Assembly (NCBI GenBank): GCA_963757765.1
Contig: CAVWSL010000015.1
Location: forward strand, 658,922 to 722,921
Direction: 5' to 3'
Length of the DNA: 64,000 bases
Source of the DNA: an uncultured Chloroflexia bacterium
Lineage (GTDB): Bacteria; Chloroflexota; Limnocylindria; Limnocylindrales; CSP1-4
The position numbers and the translations under genes are program-made. Under the pieces are notes generated by a model. It was not told the origin of the DNA and did no database searches. It saw only the letters and a list, made by a program, of their open reading frames with translations. Shown here piece after piece: positions 56,521 through 64,000 of this stretch (positions are counted from its first letter, which is position 1; every line of letters starts with the position of its first letter).

Positions 56521-57615
56521 GTGACGACCGATCCGACCGGAACCGACCAGCCCGCTGGCGACCCGACCGACCCTCCCGACATCCCGGGGCATCCCGAGGC
56601 ACTCGCACGCCCCCGATCGTCGAAGCGGACGGGCAAGGAGCTGCCCCCGCCGGAGCTGCGGGCACTGGCGCGGGAGCGCTCCGAGGCGCGACGCGCTCAC
56701 GATTGGGTGGAGGCCGACCGCCTCCGAGCGAGCATCGAGGCGACTGGCTGGAAGGTCATCGACAAGGGCGCGGAGGGTCGCATCGTCCGCGCCCATCCCG
56801 AGGACGTGGCCGAGGACGATGGTGCGACCCGCTATGGTTGGACCGGGTCGGTGCCCGCGATCGAGGTCGAGCGGTCGACCGGGGCGATCACCATCGTCGC
56901 CCGCGCGACCCCCGAGCCCGACGACACGGTCCGGCTGCTGTCGCGCCTGATCGACGCGCCGGTCGGCACGCAACGGCTCATCGTCGCGGACGCGGCCGCC
57001 GTGCTGCCCGGCGACCTCGGCGACCGCGGCGACCGCGGCGACCTCGGCGACCTCGGCGACGTGGAGATCATCCGGATCCTGGCCCCGGCCACGGCCGGTG
57101 TCGCGCTCGCCATCGCGCTCCGCAGGGCGCGGGGCGCCATCGTGGTCGTGGGCGAGGGCTGGCCGGCCGAGGCGACCGTCGATCGCATCCCGGAGCTGAC
57201 CACGGCACTCGCGGACCCCGCGGTCGCGGTGGCCGGCTGGTCGGGCGTGACCTCACCCGACCTGCGCCATCTCGTGCCCATCGACCCCGGTGGCGGGGAC
57301 CCGGTCGCGGTCGCCTGGGCGGGCCTTGCGTTCCGGACCACCGACGGGCTGGACCGCGCTCCTGTGGACGAGGCGTTCGGGGATCCCGAGATGCTCGCCA
57401 CCTGGTGGAGCCTGGTGTTGCGCGACGAGGGACCCGAGGCGGCTCCGCGGCGGGCCATCTCGCTGCTCGACGCCACGAACGGCCGGACCATGCCGGAGCG
57501 ACTCGACCGGGTCAGCCGGCGCGACCGATATCGCATCATCGACCGCTTCGGCCAGCGCTACGACCTGCTCACAGACCCCATCGCAGCGGACCGATCACGA
57601 TCGCTGCACAGATGA
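56521..57615 (+). CDS. hypothetical protein; N-terminal helical motif resembling the CysRS C-terminal region, and an internal DLGDRGDRGDLGDLGD repeat
   Basis: ELRALARERSEARRAHDWVEADRLRASIEATGWKVID. A 9-bp tandem repeat (gcgacctcg / gcgaccgcg) spans 57009-57060. The 3' end overlaps the convergent rhomboid gene by ~47 nt. Confidence 0.5.
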   Translation: MTTDPTGTDQPAGDPTDPPDIPGHPEALARPRSSKRTGKELPPPELRALARERSEARRAHDWVEADRLRASIEATGWKVIDKGAEGRIVRAHPEDVAEDDGATRYGWTGSVPAIEVERSTGAITIVARATPEPDDTVRLLSRLIDAPVGTQRLIVADAAAVLPGDLGDRGDRGDLGDLGDVEIIRILAPATAGVALAIALRRARGAIVVVGEGWPAEATVDRIPELTTALADPAVAVAGWSGVTSPDLRHLVPIDPGGGDPVAVAWAGLAFRTTDGLDRAPVDEAFGDPEMLATWWSLVLRDEGPEAAPRRAISLLDATNGRTMPERLDRVSRRDRYRIIDRFGQRYDLLTDPIAADRSRSLHR

Positions 57616-58801
57616 ACAGCGCGACCGTCGCGACACCCAGGATCGCAGCCACGCGCGTGGAGACCGGCGAGCGGCCATGGACCGAGACGGCGCCATCGGC
57701 CGAGGTCCCCGGCGACCAGTAGGACGCGAGCGTCGCGGCACCCCGGGGCACCAGGGTCAGTCCCAGCCAGCAGCCTGCCAACAGTCCGCCGATATGGGCG
57801 GCATTGTCGATGGACGTGACCGAGAAACCGATGACCAGGTTGACGCCGATGAGCACGCCGATCTGCATCGTCAGGCCGCGCGCCTGCCGGGTGAGTGCCG
57901 GCTTGTGTACCCGGTCCGCGACCAGCAGAACCCCGAACAGCCCGAACACCGCGCCGCTGGCACCCACCGACACGTCCGCGTTCGAGAACACGTAGCTCGC
58001 CGCGGACCCGGCCGCACCGCAGACGAGGTAGATGATCAGGAACCGGACCGGCCCGTAGAGCGCCTCCACCGTGGGCCCGATGAGATAGAGGGCGTACATG
58101 TTGAAGGCTAGATGGATGATGCCGGCATGGACCAGCACGACCGAGAACAGGCGCCAGTACTCGCCTGCCGCGACGCCCGTCTTGGTCAGCGCCAGCCAGT
58201 CGAACCAGATCTGCTCCTGGCTCATCAGCAGCGATGAGATGCCGATGGCCACGGTGACCGCCAGGATGGCCCAGGTCATCGTTGGAGCTGCCATCCCACC
58301 CGCACGCGAGCGATCGAAGTAGCGACCGGCCGCCCGCTCGTTGCCCGTCTCCTTGGCGAGCCAGCCCAGGCGCGAGGCGATCTCGGCGCGCTCGTTGGGA
58401 GGGGCTCGTCGCTCCGCCTCGCGATAGCCGCGCGCGGCGCCCGTGAGATCGCCGGTTCGCACGCGTGAGGCCGCGAGCTGCTTCCAGGCACGCCACGTGA
58501 GCGGACCCTCAGGCGCCTGCGTCGCGCTGATCCAGCACTGGACGGCGCCCGGCTCGTCATCCATCCGATAGCGGCACTCGGCGAGCCCCAGCAGGGCCGC
58601 GACATGGAGGTTGGGGTCGTCGTTGCCGACGACCCGCGCGAAGGTGTTCGCCGCCAGCTGCCAGTCGCCCTGTTCCGTGAGCGTCTGCGCACGCTGGAGC
58701 AAGCCGACGGCGATGGCAGGATCCAGGGGTCCTGCACGCCCGGGGTCGGACGACGGCGTTGGCGGGTAGCCGGTCCGGTCGGGCACGGCGGGTCGGGACA
58801 T
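57569..58801 (-). CDS. rhomboid-family intramembrane serine protease with an N-terminal TPR-like region
   Basis: GASGAVFGL contains the catalytic serine and AHIGGLLAG the catalytic histidine, within a 6-TM core. Start at MSRPAVPDRTG. Confidence 0.75.
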   Translation of the reverse strand: MSRPAVPDRTGYPPTPSSDPGRAGPLDPAIAVGLLQRAQTLTEQGDWQLAANTFARVVGNDDPNLHVAALLGLAECRYRMDDEPGAVQCWISATQAPEGPLTWRAWKQLAASRVRTGDLTGAARGYREAERRAPPNERAEIASRLGWLAKETGNERAAGRYFDRSRAGGMAAPTMTWAILAVTVAIGISSLLMSQEQIWFDWLALTKTGVAAGEYWRLFSVVLVHAGIIHLAFNMYALYLIGPTVEALYGPVRFLIIYLVCGAAGSAASYVFSNADVSVGASGAVFGLFGVLLVADRVHKPALTRQARGLTMQIGVLIGVNLVIGFSVTSIDNAAHIGGLLAGCWLGLTLVPRGAATLASYWSPGTSADGAVSVHGRSPVSTRVAAILGVATVALFICAAIVIGPLRWGL

Positions 58802-58812
58802 GTCGGGCGAGT

Positions 58813-60705
58813 CTAGCGGGACCGGCGCAGGACCCCCGAGAGCAGGACCAGCCAGGGCGGCCCAGGCGCGTGGCTGCCCAGATGTTCCACGAGCCGGTCG
58901 CCGATCTCGGCCAGGCGACGGGCGTCGGGACCGGACGGGTGCTCCCGATGGACGCCGGCGCCGAACGCCCGCAACCGGTCGACCGTGTCGAACAGCAGGC
59001 ACGTGAGTGCCGCCGACAGCTCCACCTGCCACGACACGTGCTGCTCCAGCGATCGCATCCGTCGTTCACCGGACACCAGGGTCACCAGGGCATCGCCCGC
59101 CAGCCCATGCTTCCGACGCTCGCGGATGACCACATCCGCGAGCTCCGGTCGATGGCGCAATGACCAGCTGAGGCGGACCGCGAGCTCCGGCAGCCGCTCC
59201 AGCGCGCTCCGCTCGATGACGGCAAGACCGATCAGTGGCACCAGCCCCACGGCCGAGCGGCCGGGTACGGCACGTGTCCCACCGTTGGTGGTCCGGGCGA
59301 CATCGCGGTGCACGTCCTCAGACTCATCCCACATGCCGCTGCCGCTGCCGCCCAGGTCATCGAGCGCCCCGATCATCGCCAGCGACATGTCCAGGAACGT
59401 GACCGCGACATCCTCGTACGTCGGGTCGTCCCGGGCGAGCTCGATGGCCAGCGCCAGCATCCAGACGCTGTAGCACCCCATCCAGGCCGTGCCTGCGACG
59501 GAATCGGACGTCCCGTCCAGACCGATGACGCCACCCTGGAGAGCGTTCCGGCCGTCGTCATCGACCCGGTCCACCCATCGCGAGTAGTCATCGAGCAGGA
59601 ACCGGAAGACCCCCTCGAGGAACGCGTGGTCGAGCGCACCTGCGAATGTCTCGCCCAGCTCGTGGATGCGCAACGCCGCCCAGGCATCGATGGGTGGTTC
59701 GAGGCGGTTGCCGGGGGCGTCAAGGCGATGGTCGAGCGATGCGAGCAGCCGCGCCTTCGCAGCCTCCGGATCGGCCACGGCAAGGGCGAGGGCGCTGAAG
59801 GTCCGCTGGGTATGGAGTCCGTCGCCATGCGATCCGGCGAGCAGCGCTGCGAGCGCGGCTCGGCCGGCCGCACGCTCGTCGACCGTGGCATCACGCGGCA
59901 GGAGCGCGTCATGGAACGCGGCTGCCTCGCGTCCGCGGGTGCCGAGCGTCGCTGCCGCATCCGGTCCGACCGGGGCTCGCGGCTCGATCCCCCGGCAGAG
60001 ACGCAGCTGGGTGGTGGCGGTGGATCCCGGGGCCACGCACACGTCGAACCGGACCGTCGCCGACACCCCTCCTGTGCCGTCCCGAGTATCGGTGTCGAGC
60101 GCGCCATCGGTGGCAGACAGCCACCACGTGGCAACCCCGGGACGCGCGGCACACAGGAGCGTCATCCCATCCCGGATGCCCGGTCGCACGCTGCCCCATG
60201 TCGCTTGGACGTTCCCTGACGACGGCCCGGCTGCGCCCTCCGACGGCGCGTCGGTGAACGACAGCCGCGCGATGAGACCAGCCATGACCGACTCCGGGCC
60301 ACGATTCGCGATGACCAGGCGGAGGATGACGTCCTCGGGGCGACGCTTCGCGGCCGTGATCCGGAGCTCGCAGCTCAACGATGGGTCGGCGGCCGCGGAC
60401 GTGCGGACCGCGACGACAGGCTTTTCGCCCTCGATCGACTGGACCGCCTCGACGAAGCTGTACGTGGGTGTGGCGGACGCCAGCTGGACGGGCCCGGGCG
60501 TCGGTCGCTCACCCGCCGCTGCGGTCACCCTGTGACCGGGCGCCAGGGAGATGTCGAGTCGGATGCCCTGCCCAGCGTCGGCGATGCCGAAGACCGGTCC
60601 CTCGGCCACCGCCCGCCACTGTCGCCAGGGCTGCAGCCCTCGGTCGGCGGCGAGCACCCGGGCGCGTTCCGCCTCGGCGCCCAGGGCGACGGGTGGTCGA
60701 CCCAT
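58813..60705 (-). CDS. glycoside hydrolase, (alpha/alpha)6-barrel, GH63/GH15-like (mannosylglycerate / glucosylglycerate hydrolase-like)
   Basis: ~630 aa. Text such as WMGCYSVWMLALAIELARDD and FLLDDYSRWVDRVDDDG resembles that family. Assignment is by eye only. Confidence 0.55.
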   Translation of the reverse strand: MGRPPVALGAEAERARVLAADRGLQPWRQWRAVAEGPVFGIADAGQGIRLDISLAPGHRVTAAAGERPTPGPVQLASATPTYSFVEAVQSIEGEKPVVAVRTSAAADPSLSCELRITAAKRRPEDVILRLVIANRGPESVMAGLIARLSFTDAPSEGAAGPSSGNVQATWGSVRPGIRDGMTLLCAARPGVATWWLSATDGALDTDTRDGTGGVSATVRFDVCVAPGSTATTQLRLCRGIEPRAPVGPDAAATLGTRGREAAAFHDALLPRDATVDERAAGRAALAALLAGSHGDGLHTQRTFSALALAVADPEAAKARLLASLDHRLDAPGNRLEPPIDAWAALRIHELGETFAGALDHAFLEGVFRFLLDDYSRWVDRVDDDGRNALQGGVIGLDGTSDSVAGTAWMGCYSVWMLALAIELARDDPTYEDVAVTFLDMSLAMIGALDDLGGSGSGMWDESEDVHRDVARTTNGGTRAVPGRSAVGLVPLIGLAVIERSALERLPELAVRLSWSLRHRPELADVVIRERRKHGLAGDALVTLVSGERRMRSLEQHVSWQVELSAALTCLLFDTVDRLRAFGAGVHREHPSGPDARRLAEIGDRLVEHLGSHAPGPPWLVLLSGVLRRSR

Positions 60706-61395
60706 CTAAGCGTCGCTCTCGAGCTGCAGCTCCAGCTGCGGGTCGATGCTCGCGGTCGCCGTCACCACGACCGGACGCGACCGTGGGCGGGCGCGTCGCG
60801 GCAGACGGACACCGGGGGCGCAGAGCGGTTCCCCGACGGTGTTCGCCAGTCGCTCCGCGATGGGCCACCAATCGTGGTCCTCGGTCACCTCGGACGCGTC
60901 CATCACGATGAGTCGATCCGGGGGCACGAGGCCGGGCAGGGTGGCATCGAGGATGGCTTCGATGTCGTCACGGAAGACGTCGTCGGTGGATCGGGTGCCG
61001 TCGGCCCGCAACGCCACGTCGGGCAGCAGCCGGACCACCAGGTCGTAGGTGCCGGCCCAGGCCCGGACCAGCGGCCCCACCGAGAACCGGTCGACGCCGC
61101 CGCATGCCCGCAGGTAATACGCGTGGTTGTCCATCGCTCCCCGGTCCGTCACCAGCACCTCGGCCTTGGTCGCGAGTTCCAGCTCTTGCCGGATCTGCGA
61201 CATGAGCACCCACAGCTGCGCCTCGCCGGTGGCACCCTCGTTGATGCCCAGGGGGTTGTCGCGGACGACCTCGCGACCGAACTCCACCGAACGACCCGCC
61301 CGCTGGATGGAGCCCGCGAAGGCATGCGCGGCCGTGGTCTTCCGGATCCCGTGGGATCCGATGAACGCGATCTTGGCACGGCGCTTCCACGTCAC
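60706..61395 (-). CDS. AAA-family ATPase (NadR-type kinase domain-like)
   Basis: Walker A IAFIGSHGIRKTTAA. Lies immediately upstream of the glycoside hydrolase; its stop abuts that gene's start. Confidence 0.6.
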   Translation of the reverse strand: MTWKRRAKIAFIGSHGIRKTTAAHAFAGSIQRAGRSVEFGREVVRDNPLGINEGATGEAQLWVLMSQIRQELELATKAEVLVTDRGAMDNHAYYLRACGGVDRFSVGPLVRAWAGTYDLVVRLLPDVALRADGTRSTDDVFRDDIEAILDATLPGLVPPDRLIVMDASEVTEDHDWWPIAERLANTVGEPLCAPGVRLPRRARPRSRPVVVTATASIDPQLELQLESDA

Positions 61396-61646
61396 CGGGG
61401 CAGGGTACTAGCCCTGCGGGCCGGGTGGCGGGATCGGCCATCTTGCTGCGCTTGCTCCCGGTCACCGGGCCGGTCGATGCCCATCATCGGCCGTGTTCGG
61501 CGCCCGGCCGGACGTTGGGACGCGTCGCGTCCGACCGGGCTTCCACCATGTTGCCGGACCGACCGCCCGCAGGTCATAACACGCGCATGACAAACGCCAC
61601 CAGGGCGGCCTGTGAGGCTTGCATCCGTGGTGCGCCCCGTCCCGGC

Positions 61647-62039
61647 CTAGTGCGCGATCTCCCAGATGTGGCCGCCCGGGTCTGCGAAACAGGCGGTCCG
61701 GATACCCCACGGCCGGTCGATGGGACCATTGATGAGCCGCACCCCACGACGCTCCAGCTCGGCGCACGTCGCGTCGACGTCCTCCACGTCCAGGGTCAAC
61801 TGGAGACGAGATCCGGCGGCCTGGTCGGCGACCACCGCGGGCCTGATGAGGGCCGGTGCGGCGGTGCTCACCAGCAGGTTGATGAGCGTGTTGCCGAACG
61901 AGAACACCACCAATTCGGGGTCCTCGAAGTGCACGGGCAGGCCGAAGACCTCCACGTAGAAGCGCTTCGTCGCGGCGAGGTCATCGACGAACAGCGTGAT
62001 GGCGCTCACGCCACCGGGCCAGCCAGCCAATCCGAGCAC
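61647..62039 (-). CDS. VOC (glyoxalase / bleomycin-resistance) family protein
   Basis: ITLFVDDLAATKRFYVEVFGL...DRPWGIRTACFADPGGHIWEIA. Confidence 0.7.
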   Translation of the reverse strand: MLGLAGWPGGVSAITLFVDDLAATKRFYVEVFGLPVHFEDPELVVFSFGNTLINLLVSTAAPALIRPAVVADQAAGSRLQLTLDVEDVDATCAELERRGVRLINGPIDRPWGIRTACFADPGGHIWEIAH

Positions 62040-62140
62040 CTCACTCTATGGTCGCGTGCCGCGACACCGGGCCGAGTCTACGGGAGCCGGGGTGCCCAGC
62101 GTCGTCCGCCACGGTGGTGCGATACTTCGCCGCTAGGCAC

Positions 62141-62178
62141 GCGCCCGTAGCTTAGCGGATAGAGCATCTGACTTCGGA
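62141..62178 (+). pseudogene. orphan 5' half of a tRNA-Arg(TCG)-like gene (acceptor 5' strand, D-arm, anticodon stem-loop); no matching 3' half
   Basis: GCGCCCG TA GCTTAGCGGATAGAGC A TCTGA CTTCGGA folds as a canonical tRNA 5' half up to position 38. The next bases (CCATC) cannot close the anticodon stem, and no T-arm or acceptor 3' strand occurs within 300 nt. Confidence 0.45.
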
Positions 62179-62425
62179 CCATCCGGATGGTATCGACGTG
62201 CTCGTGAGCGTGGGAATCACTCAGGAATCGGTCAGGTTAGATGCTGTATCGCGGCCGACTCCTGGAGCGTCTAACCCCTGCTTACGTGCTACCTAGCGCG
62301 GCCCGCCTCGCCCTCCGCACGGTCCCGGTCGATGCCGGGTCCCCAGGCTCGGGGGTGGAGGGCAGGGCCGCGGTCGTGATGATGGCGCGCGGTCCTAATC
62401 GCGGGCTTATGCGCACGGCATAGCA

Positions 62426-62463
62426 GGAGGCCCGGCAGCACTCGGTACCGGGCCTCCTGCGTA
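62426..62463 (-). terminator. 13-bp perfect stem, 12-nt loop hairpin immediately downstream of the minus-strand gene 62477-62956 (probable intrinsic terminator lacking a U-tract)
   Basis: Stem arms gcaggaggcccgg and ccgggcctcctgc flank a 12-nt loop (cagcactcggta). The hairpin starts 14 nt past the stop codon. Confidence 0.4.
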
Positions 62464-62476
62464 GTTGGCGCGGTCT

Positions 62477-62956
62477 CTAGCGGTCCTTGGCCTGGATGTT
62501 GCCGGTCTCGATCGCGACACCCGGCACGGGCGTGGCGGTCGTGCACGGACGCGTCGTGCCGTACGTGGTCGACGACCAGAGATCGGGCAGCGCGTTCGCC
62601 CCCTCGCCCCGGTCGAGATACGCGGCGTAGCCGGGGTATCCGACGTACGCCGCGGCCTGGCCCGGCGTGCCCGAGACGTAGCGGCCGCTGATGATGGCGC
62701 GCGTGCTGCCGTCGGCATCGGTGGTCACCTTGAGGCAGTCGATGTCGAAGACGGAGGTGCTGCCGTCCACGTACACGATGGTGCGCATCCCGCGTGCCTC
62801 GGAGCCGCTGCCCACGTTCCGTGCCGAGATCTCGAACGAGATGCCACCGGTGGCGAACGTGCCGTTGACCTGGTCCGGGCCGGCGGCGGAGGCGGCGACC
62901 GGGAGCATTAGAGAGGCGGTGACGCCGAGAAGGACGATGGCGGAACGTACGCGCAT
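62477..62956 (-). CDS. secreted hypothetical protein
   Basis: Signal peptide MRVRSAIVLLGVTASLMLPVAASAAG. Confidence 0.55.
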   Translation of the reverse strand: MRVRSAIVLLGVTASLMLPVAASAAGPDQVNGTFATGGISFEISARNVGSGSEARGMRTIVYVDGSTSVFDIDCLKVTTDADGSTRAIISGRYVSGTPGQAAAYVGYPGYAAYLDRGEGANALPDLWSSTTYGTTRPCTTATPVPGVAIETGNIQAKDR

Positions 62957-63481
62957 GGGGCGACTCCTGTCAGGCTCTCCCGGCGGGTGCCGGGCAATCG
63001 GCCGATGGTGACAGGTCGGGCCTCGGCGTTCCGGGCGCGTTCGCAGCCCCTGATGCATGGGGCCGCCCGCCTGGTGCGTGGCAGCAACGCAGCGACAAGG
63101 GCGGCGGTCACAGCGGCGCCGCCGTATCCGACAACAGGGCCCGCCAGCCTCTGCCCTCGACGGTCACCATGCAGATGACCTCCCACGAAGGCGCCACCTG
63201 ACCAGCCCTGACAGGGTCCGGCGCGTCCCAATCCCGGCCAGCGGCCCTCGCCCAGCTCGCGCAGGCAGCGGGCCATCTCCCCATCACAGGTTTGCGAGAC
63301 GACCCGGGCAGGGGCCAGGAGGCCCTTCGGGATCGGCCCCGGCGCGGCGTGGCCAACGGTGGTCGGGGCGGCTCTGGTGGGCTAGACGGCCCGCCTATGC
63401 TGTGCCGACAGCGTCCGGCTGCCGCTGCACCTGTCACGCGCAGGGGATACACATCCCCGATCCCAATGGGAGGAAGCACCC

Positions 63482-64000
63482 GTGTCCGGCACCGGCGGAT
63501 CGAGTCTCCTCGCTATCTCGATCATCTCGATCGCGGTGACGTGCAGCGTCACGCCCTCCCTCGGCGCGAGCCCAGCGGCCGGCTCCTCGCCCGCGGTCCC
63601 TGTCCCCGTCCCTGGCGAGGCCTGGGTCGCCTACCAGTGGCTCGACGCCGTGGGTGGTGACACGATCTACCTGGTCCGTCCGGACGGGACCGGACTCCAT
63701 CCGCTGATGCCCGACGTCCCTGGCGACGAGCTGCACCCGGACTGGTCGCCCGATGGCGCGCGGATCGCCTATGTCAGGACCACGCCCGCGGGCCAGAGCG
63801 AGCTGTGGGTGGTCGATGCCGACGGCACCGACGCCCGGCGACTCGTGGACTGCTCCGCCCCTTGCAACGAGCTGAACTATCCGGACTGGGCGCCGGACGG
63901 CGCGTCCATCTACTACGGCCTGAGCGCGGATGTCACCGACGGGCCACCTGCCACGTTCGGAGTCGGCCGGGTCGATGTGGGCACGGCGACCGTCGTGCTC
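63482..64000 (+). CDS. secreted TolB-like / PD40 beta-propeller repeat protein, 3' end outside the window
   Basis: GTG start with GGGAGG ~9 nt upstream. Signal peptide LLAISIISIAVTCSV. WD40-like beta-propeller (PD40) repeats: HPDWSPDGARIAYV and YPDWAPDGASIYYG. Confidence 0.6.
   Translation, partial: MSGTGGSSLLAISIISIAVTCSVTPSLGASPAAGSSPAVPVPVPGEAWVAYQWLDAVGGDTIYLVRPDGTGLHPLMPDVPGDELHPDWSPDGARIAYVRTTPAGQSELWVVDADGTDARRLVDCSAPCNELNYPDWAPDGASIYYGLSADVTDGPPATFGVGRVDVGTATVVL

Noticed and set aside
62141-62300. Attempt to read a complete or intron-containing tRNA-Arg starting at 62141
   Set aside because: No complementary anticodon 3' stem, T-arm (GTTCGAnTC) or acceptor 3' strand (CGGGCGC) was found within 300 nt on either strand. 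Kept only as a 5' fragment.

Overview
This is a high-GC (~70%) chromosome segment of actinobacterial type. It holds roughly 55 protein-coding genes, one intact tRNA (Lys-CTT) and an orphan 5' half of a tRNA-Arg. No rRNA, no CRISPR array and no intact mobile element were found.

Notable content, in order along the window:
- A cyanophycin locus: a cphB-cphA operon on the minus strand, convergent with a truncated CphA paralog. The paralog keeps the N-terminal and Mur-ligase (M) domains but has lost the whole ATP-grasp (G) domain.
- An oxidoreductase/M20 peptidase operon and a truncated gamma-glutamyltranspeptidase flank the cyanophycin genes.
- Two paralogous ECF sigma / anti-sigma modules. Each is preceded by the same ~100-nt conserved element, which carries a 12-bp palindrome.
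- One sigma module is divergent from a CadD-like transporter and lies near an HNH endonuclease and HTH-fragment ORFs.
- The other sigma module is divergent from a collagen-like (Gly-X-Y) surface protein with an 11x 21-bp in-frame repeat and a small C-terminal globular domain. A DUF2029/GT87-like membrane protein follows it.
- An lhr-nei helicase/glycosylase operon, an apparently fused carA-carB, and Ku next to a ligase-like protein whose catalytic lysines are all substituted.
- A cluster of secreted hypothetical proteins.

Several genes (ggt, both ECF sigma factors, one anti-sigma factor, the HNH endonuclease) change reading frame at short homopolymers. This points to indel errors in the assembly, or less likely to recent pseudogenisation, so the frame-split genes were merged when annotating. 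All calls rest on reading the supplied ORF translations and the sequence by eye; no database search was run.
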